Of a stretch of 64,000 bases of DNA, positions 20,506 to 28,363 are shown in pieces. Under the pieces are notes generated by a model that was not told where the DNA came from, did not search any database, and was given only the letters and a program-made list of their open reading frames with translations. The translations under genes and the position numbers were made by a program. The stretch comes from a virus (lineage: Duplodnaviria > Caudoviricetes): IMG/VR virus record IMGVR_UViG_3300022746_000020, positions 1 to 64,000 of that record. The stretch is one strand, 5' to 3'. Positions within the stretch are counted from its first letter, which is position 1. Each line of letters starts with the position of its first letter.

Positions 20506-21097
20506 CGCTAAAAAGGTCGGAGTATTCTGGTCAAGTGGTTTAGAGTCGACTCTATTGCTACTGTTGTGCATTGACAAATATGGCAAGGACAATGTGTATG
20601 CATTTACACAAAAGACACCGTTTGATGATCCATTCATCGATGGCGTAAAGCACTATCACTACTATGCTCAGCAGATGGCGGATGAAATGGATTTCGATAA
20701 CCACTTTATCATTGAGTCGCCGACAAATTCCGTATACGTTAACAGACTACGAGAAGACACATATCATACTGCAATCAAGCTAGTACCGGACATCGACGTG
20801 CTGTATCTTGGTATCAATGAGGTTGTATATGGGAGACTAGCAGATCCAGAACACAAGAAAGCAGTGTTGGATAAGGTCGCAGAACTAGGATTAGTATCAA
20901 TGCCCTTCTTGAATATGTCTAAGGCGCAAATCGTCGATCTTTATTACCAGTTGGGGTATGAGAAGTGGATTCCACTCACACGTTCGTGCGCCAAGAACAT
21001 ACCAACACATTGTGGTACGTGCACCAACTGTAAGGAACGCAAACTAGCATTTGAAACAGCTGATAAGCTAGACCCCACTACTTACAAAACACTCTGA
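20489..21097 (+). CDS. queC: QueC-like PP-loop ATP-dependent ligase
   Basis: FWSSGLESTLL (degenerate SGGxDS), PFLNMSKAQIV, TRSC......HCGTCTNCKER Zn site. SD AAGGA precedes ATG 20489. Confidence 0.8.
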   Translation: MVNLIDAKKVGVFWSSGLESTLLLLLCIDKYGKDNVYAFTQKTPFDDPFIDGVKHYHYYAQQMADEMDFDNHFIIESPTNSVYVNRLREDTYHTAIKLVPDIDVLYLGINEVVYGRLADPEHKKAVLDKVAELGLVSMPFLNMSKAQIVDLYYQLGYEKWIPLTRSCAKNIPTHCGTCTNCKERKLAFETADKLDPTTYKTL

Positions 21098-21780
21098 ATC
21101 ATTCTAATGCGATCGTTGAATTCACCTACATGAAAGTAGTCGTGACCATAGTTCAGTAAATACAATTCATTATATTCAACGGCATGTTGGTGATCGCTGG
21201 GCATTCTGCCTATTGCATCTCGGGGCTCGAAGTACTTTAATATACCAGTATTCTTTCTAATCGTTTCGTCTACGAAATTTTGCTCGCCGTTAACAGGGGG
21301 ATGCGCCAATCGTCGGTCGAGAATATAATGCTGCATCCAGTATTGCGGACGATCGTAAAACGTATCAGGGACATATTGATGATCGCCCCCGATGAACTTA
21401 TAGAGGCCACCGTTAATGGTAAAGCCTTTTCCTTTATAGCGAGTCCACCAGCGATATGGAGCTATCAACTCGTTTGATTTTACTTCCTGATTGAATATAT
21501 CAGTTACATCACCAACGAACGTCCAGTCTATATCTGATACAAAGACGACATCGCCTTTTGGTGCCATCCTAAACACATCCATCTTATACCACTGACGTCT
21601 CCCATCATCATTTTCGATAGGTATTACTTCGATCGACGCATCATATGATGACCTGTCGTATGAAGTATAGCAGTGTATTTTGAAATCAATATTGACGTGA
21701 TCTTTGAGCTGTCGCTCAAATCTTCTTACATGCTCTGGGGTATAGTTTGGTCCAGTGCAGATTACATACATCGGCGTCAT
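21082..21780 (-). CDS. Glycosyltransferase-like protein (paralog of 22809..23483)
   Basis: ICTGPNYTPEHV..., HCYTS, WYKMDVF, VSDIDW (DxD), INGGLYKF, GEQNFV. Confidence 0.7.
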   Translation of the reverse strand: MTPMYVICTGPNYTPEHVRRFERQLKDHVNIDFKIHCYTSYDRSSYDASIEVIPIENDDGRRQWYKMDVFRMAPKGDVVFVSDIDWTFVGDVTDIFNQEVKSNELIAPYRWWTRYKGKGFTINGGLYKFIGGDHQYVPDTFYDRPQYWMQHYILDRRLAHPPVNGEQNFVDETIRKNTGILKYFEPRDAIGRMPSDHQHAVEYNELYLLNYGHDYFHVGEFNDRIRMIQSVL

Positions 21781-21781
21781 A

Positions 21782-22390
21782 TTAAAATGTATATTTAAAT
21801 GTGTCTATGTCTTTTTGGTAGTACGTTGTAACTTTGTTTTTCGTATCGGTTGTATAGTATGTTTTGTAGTCGTCGGTGGATGACTGTCTGACCATACCCA
21901 ATGGAGCATAGCAACCAAACATATCTTGGACAGTTTTAAAATCACTATCCAAGCTTTCAGTCCTCAGTATCGTATCGACAGAATCGTCTATCCAGTCTAC
22001 TTGTGGTGTTGACATTCTAAACCAATAATCTAGATTGACTTGTCGTCCATTCACAGCATACGATTTGTCGTTTAGGTCTCCATCGATGTAGTTGAATATG
22101 AAGTCATCGAATGAAGGAAAATCAGTGTAGCCGTCAACCGTCGATATGCCCGTCTCGAAGCGTTTTTTGTGGTATGTGTAAAAGCTAACTGCTCTTGCCC
22201 AAGGATTACGCACTACTGTAAATGCATGATCAACACGGCCATCACATGACGCTCTAAGCGTGCCAATATTCGGATGGTTCATCTTAAAGTGTTCGGTTAC
22301 TGGTGTATTCTTAATCATCCACTGAGCGACGCTACTTCCGCCAGTCTTTGGAATGTGTACATATAGTATGCCGAGCGATAGTACTGACAT
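21782..22390 (-). CDS. Sulfotransferase (Sulfotransfer_2 / carbohydrate sulfotransferase-like)
   Basis: YVHIPKTGGSS (5'-PSB), VVRNPWARAVSFY (3'-PB), C-terminal Y..DIDTFKY.F. Confidence 0.88.
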   Translation of the reverse strand: MSVLSLGILYVHIPKTGGSSVAQWMIKNTPVTEHFKMNHPNIGTLRASCDGRVDHAFTVVRNPWARAVSFYTYHKKRFETGISTVDGYTDFPSFDDFIFNYIDGDLNDKSYAVNGRQVNLDYWFRMSTPQVDWIDDSVDTILRTESLDSDFKTVQDMFGCYAPLGMVRQSSTDDYKTYYTTDTKNKVTTYYQKDIDTFKYTF

Positions 22391-22395
22391 TGTTC

Positions 22396-22818
22396 TTACT
22401 CCATGATGTGGTTAAAAATATACTGAGCCCAATGCACGGCATTTTTCTCAGTGATATGGAAATCGACTGCCTTCGGCTTAACGAATGCTTTGTTAGTATC
22501 TTCGTGTATGCTCTGGTCAATTGTGTCGACCCATACTGTGTAGTCGGCCTTGAAATTATCTCTTTGGATTGGCAGCGCTGCCACAAAGTCAGCAATCACG
22601 TAATCAGTAATTGCTTGCTCAGCTAGGTTATGCATACGGACCGACTGTCTTATGCGGCCTTCATCGCTGAAATCCCAATCATCATATTGCTTGCGTATGA
22701 TGTCAGCATTCAACCACGTGGTAGTATACCTATGGTCACACAATTGCTCGTTCAATGCCGCGGCTAGTGTAGTTTTTCCAGCTCCAGGAAGACCCATAAT
22801 CAATATTTTTATTGCCAT
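22396..22818 (-). CDS. cysC: Adenylylsulfate (APS) kinase-like P-loop kinase, short form
   Basis: ILIMGLPGAGKTTLA, WLNADIIR...DWDFS.EGR.RQ..RM; adjacent to the sulfotransferase. Confidence 0.75.
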   Translation of the reverse strand: MAIKILIMGLPGAGKTTLAAALNEQLCDHRYTTTWLNADIIRKQYDDWDFSDEGRIRQSVRMHNLAEQAITDYVIADFVAALPIQRDNFKADYTVWVDTIDQSIHEDTNKAFVKPKAVDFHITEKNAVHWAQYIFNHIME

Positions 22819-23483
22819 AGCTTCACCACCCACTCATCCACTACATCGACCTGTTTCGTTTGGCCATGAAATAAACAAACATCATATGTTGGTCGGTACT
22901 TGGCTTGAACTTGGTCACACAAATTTGCACCCTTGCGATATGAGTATACTATTCCCATTGGAAGTGTGTCGACCTTGATGCCCTCATGCCAAAGAAACCT
23001 GTCGACTCCCTTATACACAGCCATGTATTTTTCTGGGTCTTGGATGAAGTATTCGTATATGTATGATGCATCTTTCCATATCATCACACTAGAGTTGTAC
23101 ATCGTATTGCGCTCTTGTATGTCTTTGAGTATCGATGGGTCCTTCCAATAAGCCATGCAGATTGTCAGATTGTCGGATGCCTTTTCAAACAAACGCTCAA
23201 TGTCGCCATGAATAACCACATCCAAGTCAAATAGAATCTTAGTATCGAACTGCTTTAATGTTGGATGATTGAGCAGTGGTATCTTGAACCACCACTTTTC
23301 GTAGTCATATTCTGGTTCAATTGGAAGGATGTGAATCGATTGGTCGATACCAGTTGGATCATCCGTGTAGCAATAAATAGGGGTATGTGGATTGCCCCAT
23401 CGACGAATCATCGATGCTAGTTTATTGACGTAATCGGCCGAATACTTCTGGCCCCACTTCAGGCAGACATAACAATTTTTCAT
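22809..23483 (-). CDS. Glycosyltransferase-like protein
   Basis: VCLKWGQKYSADYVNKL, YCYTDDPTGI, WWFKI.L, LFDLDVVI (DxD), YNSSVMIW, GVDRFL, CLFHG. Confidence 0.75.
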   Translation of the reverse strand: MKNCYVCLKWGQKYSADYVNKLASMIRRWGNPHTPIYCYTDDPTGIDQSIHILPIEPEYDYEKWWFKIPLLNHPTLKQFDTKILFDLDVVIHGDIERLFEKASDNLTICMAYWKDPSILKDIQERNTMYNSSVMIWKDASYIYEYFIQDPEKYMAVYKGVDRFLWHEGIKVDTLPMGIVYSYRKGANLCDQVQAKYRPTYDVCLFHGQTKQVDVVDEWVVKLWQ

Positions 23484-23505
23484 ATTATAATGTGTTGAGG
23501 AACGT

Positions 23506-24543
23506 ATGTATATTTATCGTGATGGAATTGAATCGATGCACGTCGAGCTTACTAATAAATGTAACGCTCGGTGTCCTCAATGCTCGCGCACCAACAATTC
23601 TACGGTCGAAGACAACCCTGCTGAAATAACTTTGGAGCAGTTCAAGCGATATTTTGATACTACCTTTATTGCAGGGTTGAAGAAAATTAAATTCTGCGGA
23701 AACTTTGGCGATCCTGCTGTGGCTAAGGATTGTATACGCATACATGAATATATCATCGAATGCAATCCAAATATAGGACTTACGTTCGACACCAATGGTG
23801 GAATAAGAACAACGACGTTCTGGAAGCAGTTAGGCAAATTCTACATAGACAGACCGAACAGCTACATCATCTTCCACATCGACGGAATGGAAGATACAAA
23901 CCACATATACAGAGCTGATGTCAATTTCTCTAACGTAATGAAGAATGCAAAGGCTGCAATATCTACTGGCGCGCAGGTAGTGTGGGCATTCATTCCATTC
24001 ATGCATAACGAACATCAGGTCGAGGAGGCAGAGGAGCTGGCCAAGACTATGGGGTTCTATAAATTTGCTGTTAAGATTAGCTCACGGTTCGAACATAAAA
24101 TGAAGCCATTCCCATACAAAGATCAGAAGACGGGAACGATGAAGCAAATATACCCAACAACGTCGCCTGAATTTAATGTCAGCGATTTGCTGGTGAATTT
24201 GGATAAGCCTATTTGTGCTGCTGAAAAGAGAAAAGAGATTTACATAGATGCACGAGGACGTGTACATCCGTGCTGCTGGTATGGATCAGGATATGAGACG
24301 AAACCTGCATTCAAGGCAGCTGTTGATAAGATCCACACGCCAAATCTAGATAGTATTGGCATTAAGGACGCGATCGATACGCCGTTGTTCCATGGTATCA
24401 AGCAGGCATGGGACAGGCCAGAAGATGTAACAAATGCCCCTTGCTATAAATCTTGTAGTGGAAAAATAATGCATTTTTGGATGGTGGATGGCGTAACTAT
24501 TCCACAAAAGAATTATGCTGATTGGATGAAGAGCGATCTATGA
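23506..24543 (+). CDS. Radical SAM enzyme with C-terminal SPASM/twitch-like domain
   Basis: ELTNKCNARCPQCSR (CxxxCxxC), FCGNFGDP, DTNGG, IDG...YR, then C......IYIDARGRVHPCCW and C...C. Confidence 0.9.
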   Translation: MYIYRDGIESMHVELTNKCNARCPQCSRTNNSTVEDNPAEITLEQFKRYFDTTFIAGLKKIKFCGNFGDPAVAKDCIRIHEYIIECNPNIGLTFDTNGGIRTTTFWKQLGKFYIDRPNSYIIFHIDGMEDTNHIYRADVNFSNVMKNAKAAISTGAQVVWAFIPFMHNEHQVEEAEELAKTMGFYKFAVKISSRFEHKMKPFPYKDQKTGTMKQIYPTTSPEFNVSDLLVNLDKPICAAEKRKEIYIDARGRVHPCCWYGSGYETKPAFKAAVDKIHTPNLDSIGIKDAIDTPLFHGIKQAWDRPEDVTNAPCYKSCSGKIMHFWMVDGVTIPQKNYADWMKSDL

Positions 24544-25145
24544 TTATCGAAGTAGAGCGTGGCGATTTCACACACGTGTTTGCTGATGAACCCAACGAGA
24601 CGTGGAGTTACATTCAGAGAGCAACAGCACAAGAAGATAAGTCATACTCTGGACTGAAGATAGGTCCAGCTGAAAAATACACAATGTGTAACGTGCTATG
24701 CTATAAGGGTGAGCCGATGCAATTCTTTACTATGAATGGCAGTAGCTTTGGAGAGGGAGTATTGAGATGTTATACAGCACAATACACGCTGAAGAAGTTC
24801 AGGGCATTCAAGTCTGTAAATAATGTTCGCACAGCGTTGCATGAGACTGTAAATTATTACAGCAATGTCTGGCCATTAATATCACCACATCTTCCAACAT
24901 ACAACCTATTCTTCTTTAGTAGATTGTATGGGCAGAGCAGCTTGGAGAAATTCTTTAAGTCGAGTCTAGATCACCCAGAGCTGTGGACGTTTGGCGGAGA
25001 ACACCTCTACCGCATAGGGCGGAACGAACAAAAACCGACAGCATGGAAGTATGTCAATTACATGGGGGACGTTAGTCTCCTCGCTCGTCCTCGTCTAACC
25101 ACCGAGGAATACGTTTCGCGGTTTCAGGATCAAATACCCGGATAA
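24540..25145 (+). CDS. Hypothetical protein
   Basis: About 200 aa, ATGA-coupled to the radical SAM gene; no motif recognised. Confidence 0.6.
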   Translation: MIIEVERGDFTHVFADEPNETWSYIQRATAQEDKSYSGLKIGPAEKYTMCNVLCYKGEPMQFFTMNGSSFGEGVLRCYTAQYTLKKFRAFKSVNNVRTALHETVNYYSNVWPLISPHLPTYNLFFFSRLYGQSSLEKFFKSSLDHPELWTFGGEHLYRIGRNEQKPTAWKYVNYMGDVSLLARPRLTTEEYVSRFQDQIPG

Positions 25146-25815
25146 ATGTCAAATAGGGAATATCGACTAACCCAGTCCGTGCCTCATTTGGGTATTTGTG
25201 GTGGGTAGCGTGATATGTCTCGGCGCTAAACAACAATGCATGGGCATGCGATAGATTGATTGGTTTATATCCATCGTGGGCAATATAGTTGATTGTCGCT
25301 TGTAGCAAATACACTACGCCATTGATAATGAACCACGACAGCGGTCCAAACAACCACGACCACAATACGAAATATACAATAACAATTGTAAAGTAGTATT
25401 CTAACTGCAAAGTATACAATCGATCCTTCCAAAGCCGACCAGCATACTTGAGGTCGGTGTTGTAGAAGGATATCAATGCATTCTTGATAAACCCAACTTG
25501 TGGTCCATGTGGATCCTCAGCTGTATCTGAAAATCGATGATGCTTTCTATGAATCGATACCCACGATATTGCTGGTGTAAATGCATGACCTGCTGCAACG
25601 ATCGTTAAAAATATCTGGAGCCACCGCGGACACTTCCACGCACCATGGCTCAAGCATCTATGATAAAAAGCAGCAGCGATTATTCCCACTAGCCATATAC
25701 CATACACCAACCACCCATACACATACAACGACGGCATGAAAATACAAGCGTAGGTTGTGATTCCAGCAGATACTAAGAATAGTGTTTGCTGGATGTATTT
25801 TCCATAATGCATCAT
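25072..25815 (-). CDS. Membrane fatty-acid desaturase (delta-9-like)
   Basis: His boxes YHRCLSH, HRKHHRFSD..EDPH.P and E.YHATHHKYP; hydrophobic segments. Confidence 0.9.
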   Translation of the reverse strand: MMHYGKYIQQTLFLVSAGITTYACIFMPSLYVYGWLVYGIWLVGIIAAAFYHRCLSHGAWKCPRWLQIFLTIVAAGHAFTPAISWVSIHRKHHRFSDTAEDPHGPQVGFIKNALISFYNTDLKYAGRLWKDRLYTLQLEYYFTIVIVYFVLWSWLFGPLSWFIINGVVYLLQATINYIAHDGYKPINLSHAHALLFSAETYHATHHKYPNEARTGLVDIPYLTFIRVFDPETAKRIPRWLDEDERGD

Positions 25816-26609
25816 AACGGCGTGTGTGTCAGTTTAATGCCAAATACTTTGAGTGCTTCTTCGGTTTGCCAGTGGATGTCTGAGTTGATCATATCACACA
25901 TCGTCTGGTGATCGGCCCAGTGTATTTCATAAGACCGTGCGTTGTGTTCATTGGTCGCATGAAGTTTGTGCACTTTCTTAGTACGATACATTGCCTGTGT
26001 TAACGACATTGTAAAGTTTTGCTCTATCGTCGATGCTATATCCCTTTTGCCTGTAAACAAACCCATACAATTGCAATCCGAGTAGTCGTACGACAGCTTT
26101 GATACGAACGTCTGTGAAGGATTCGGCACGTCGCATTCGTGCTCAGTCATCACCAAATGGATCCGTGGCTCGACACCACCATTGATAGCTGTGTGATGGC
26201 ATTCAGAAGAGTTTATCTTTCTCAATTGGCCATCGGCTGGTAAATGAACACCAGTGCGACGATCATAATCGTAGTAGAAAGAGCCAGGATTCTCAATCAC
26301 CGATATATGATACTTGTCATCAGGGTCTGTGTGGTGTCGTAGGCACATCCCTTCCGGAATGTATATGAATACAGCTCTATTCAAATTGAAAGGGACACGC
26401 ATGAGAATATCTTCAAATATCGTTCCTTCTAAGATAGGATTGATCTTTGTTCGGCGGACGTAGGTAAACATTTCCTCGTCAGGATTTTCTGCAAATACTG
26501 CAGGTATAATCGAATTGCGTGTGAGGTGTGGAAGTACCTTATTGTACCAGTCGGCACGGATTTGCCATGCATCCCACTTATACCCAACGACGTCTTTTAC
26601 TTGGTTCAT
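25812..26609 (-). CDS. Asp/Asn beta-hydroxylase-like Fe(II)/2OG oxygenase with C-terminal extension
   Basis: CLRHHTD...YHI......HLPADG.......HHTAINGG..PRIHLV. Confidence 0.75.
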   Translation of the reverse strand: MNQVKDVVGYKWDAWQIRADWYNKVLPHLTRNSIIPAVFAENPDEEMFTYVRRTKINPILEGTIFEDILMRVPFNLNRAVFIYIPEGMCLRHHTDPDDKYHISVIENPGSFYYDYDRRTGVHLPADGQLRKINSSECHHTAINGGVEPRIHLVMTEHECDVPNPSQTFVSKLSYDYSDCNCMGLFTGKRDIASTIEQNFTMSLTQAMYRTKKVHKLHATNEHNARSYEIHWADHQTMCDMINSDIHWQTEEALKVFGIKLTHTPL

Positions 26610-26812
26610 GCTCTAGTCCTCACTGAGGAATTATGGTGTGTCGTGGGAGCTGCCATATCATACAACGCAAACTTCGGATTTGCGATTTTATCCATCAGCC
26701 CCTTTTCTGCAGAATCCTTATCACCATCTACATGGACAAACACCTTGTCCTGTATTCTGGCCAGCGCCATCACGCGTCCATTGCGTTCTTTGTATTCAAT
26801 TTTCATATTCAA
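26606..26812 (-). CDS. Small hypothetical protein
   Basis: Fills the gap between fabF and the oxygenase and overlaps both. Confidence 0.5.
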   Translation of the reverse strand: MNMKIEYKERNGRVMALARIQDKVFVHVDGDKDSAEKGLMDKIANPKFALYDMAAPTTHHNSSVRTRA

Positions 26813-27944
26813 TCACCATCGAGGAACATTTGCCACCAAACCCAAACGAGTTGTTCAGAGTATATGCTGTCTGCTTTGTGTAGTTTGTTGGCGTTTTAAT
26901 TAGATTATTATTTATATCGAACGACGATGTTTGAAGGTTATGGGTATGTGGAATGACACTTCGCTTCATCGCCTCAATACTATAGATTGTTTCAATAACA
27001 CCAGCAGCTGCCATAGTATGGCCGATCTTGCCTTTGTTGCTATAGATTGGCACATCCCCTAGCGTATACAATATTGCATTATATTCAACCTCATCGCCAG
27101 CTGGCGTGCTAGTACCATGCGCATTGACGAAATCGATGTTAGGGCCACCAGCATTGCTGATTGCTTTCTTCATAGCCGTTATTGCGCCCTCTCCTGATGG
27201 GGAGGTTCTATCATGCGCATCGGAAGCGTTTCCAGCTGGATATAAGTATGCATGTATGGTTGCACCTCGTGCTTTAGCCTTTTCCTCCGACTCTAGAATC
27301 AGAACACCAGCTCCCGACCCCATCACGAATCCTTCACGGTTGTCGTCAAAAGGCGCTGACTTATTTCCTAGCGCGGTCAATTGGCAGAAGAAACTAAGAT
27401 CGATTGGGTTGACGCCGTGGTCTGCACCTCCGACAATGACATAATCATATTCGTCGAGTAGTTTCATTCCATAGTCGATGCTGACGATGCCGGTGGAACA
27501 TGCAGAGTAAATTGATAGATTGACACCAGTGAACCCGTGTTGTTGAGATACGGCGCTACATAAGGAATCAACCATTACGTTGAGGGTCTTCTTGATTGAG
27601 TACCTTTTCTCGGATGTTTGGGCTTCATACCGAAGCTCATTTCCGCCAGTGACTGAAGATAGAATTACAGCAACGTTCTTCGTATCTGGCACATCGGCCA
27701 TTTTGAGGGCTTGCTCGGTGGCATATATGCCATAAATCATCGTCTTGGATAGGTGTACTTTTGGCACGCCTATTTCGAGGTCAGTATCATCGACCGTACA
27801 GCCGCGATTAACATACGCGTGGCGGATATTTTCGCAGTCAACGTGGGAGGTATAGTCGTGAGGATCGATCAGTTTGTCGAAATTCGAAGAAGGATCGCGA
27901 CCCAAACAGTCAATCATTCCATACCCAGTTACACAAGCTCTCAT
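26796..27944 (-). CDS. fabF: Beta-ketoacyl-ACP synthase (FabF/FabB family)
   Basis: SACSTG (catalytic Cys), PFDDNREGFVMG.GAG.LILE, NAHGTST, KGKIGHTMAAAG, NSFGFGG. SD GGAGA upstream. Confidence 0.93.
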   Translation of the reverse strand: MRACVTGYGMIDCLGRDPSSNFDKLIDPHDYTSHVDCENIRHAYVNRGCTVDDTDLEIGVPKVHLSKTMIYGIYATEQALKMADVPDTKNVAVILSSVTGGNELRYEAQTSEKRYSIKKTLNVMVDSLCSAVSQQHGFTGVNLSIYSACSTGIVSIDYGMKLLDEYDYVIVGGADHGVNPIDLSFFCQLTALGNKSAPFDDNREGFVMGSGAGVLILESEEKAKARGATIHAYLYPAGNASDAHDRTSPSGEGAITAMKKAISNAGGPNIDFVNAHGTSTPAGDEVEYNAILYTLGDVPIYSNKGKIGHTMAAAGVIETIYSIEAMKRSVIPHTHNLQTSSFDINNNLIKTPTNYTKQTAYTLNNSFGFGGKCSSMVIEYEN

Positions 27945-27991
27945 AATATCTCCATTAATCTAGTATTATTATCTAGGCGATCTTGACATCT

Positions 27992-27999
27992 TATAAATA
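27992..27999 (+). promoter_or_regulatory. T4-type late promoter
   Basis: Exact TATAAATA about 30 nt upstream of ATG 28029. Confidence 0.8.
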
Positions 28000-28028
28000 A
28001 AGAAGACACTTCAAACTGCGAAAAAACC

Positions 28029-28358
28029 ATGGCAATTAAAGCAAATCTGATCATCGACCAAGGGACCACATACTCAACTTCCATCGATATTACCGATGAT
28101 AACGATATGCCAGTCGATCTGACTGGGTATACAGGTTCCGCTCAGATAAGAAAACACTATTCATCGTCAAATTCCACACCATTTGCTGTATCGATCGATG
28201 CGGCTGACGGCGTTGTAACGTTGGGTTTGACGTCGACGCAGACTGGCGCTTTGACGGCCGGTCGTTTTGTATATGATGTAGAGCTTACAAACACATCTGG
28301 TGTTGTTTCTCGGATTGTGGAAGGAATAGTTACGGTCACCCCACAAGTTACGAGATAA
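28029..28358 (+). CDS. Small conserved virion protein (Ig-like/BppU-N-like)
   Basis: ANLIIDQGTTY...DLTGYTGSAQIRKHY..GRFVYDVEL...RIVEGIVTVTPQVT. Confidence 0.7.
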   Translation: MAIKANLIIDQGTTYSTSIDITDDNDMPVDLTGYTGSAQIRKHYSSSNSTPFAVSIDAADGVVTLGLTSTQTGALTAGRFVYDVELTNTSGVVSRIVEGIVTVTPQVTR

Positions 28359-28363
28359 AATAG

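Noticed and set aside
27983-27999. Sigma70 promoter from TTGACA
   Set aside because: Only 3 nt separate TTGACA from TATAAATA and there is no -10 box at proper spacing; only the late promoter was kept.
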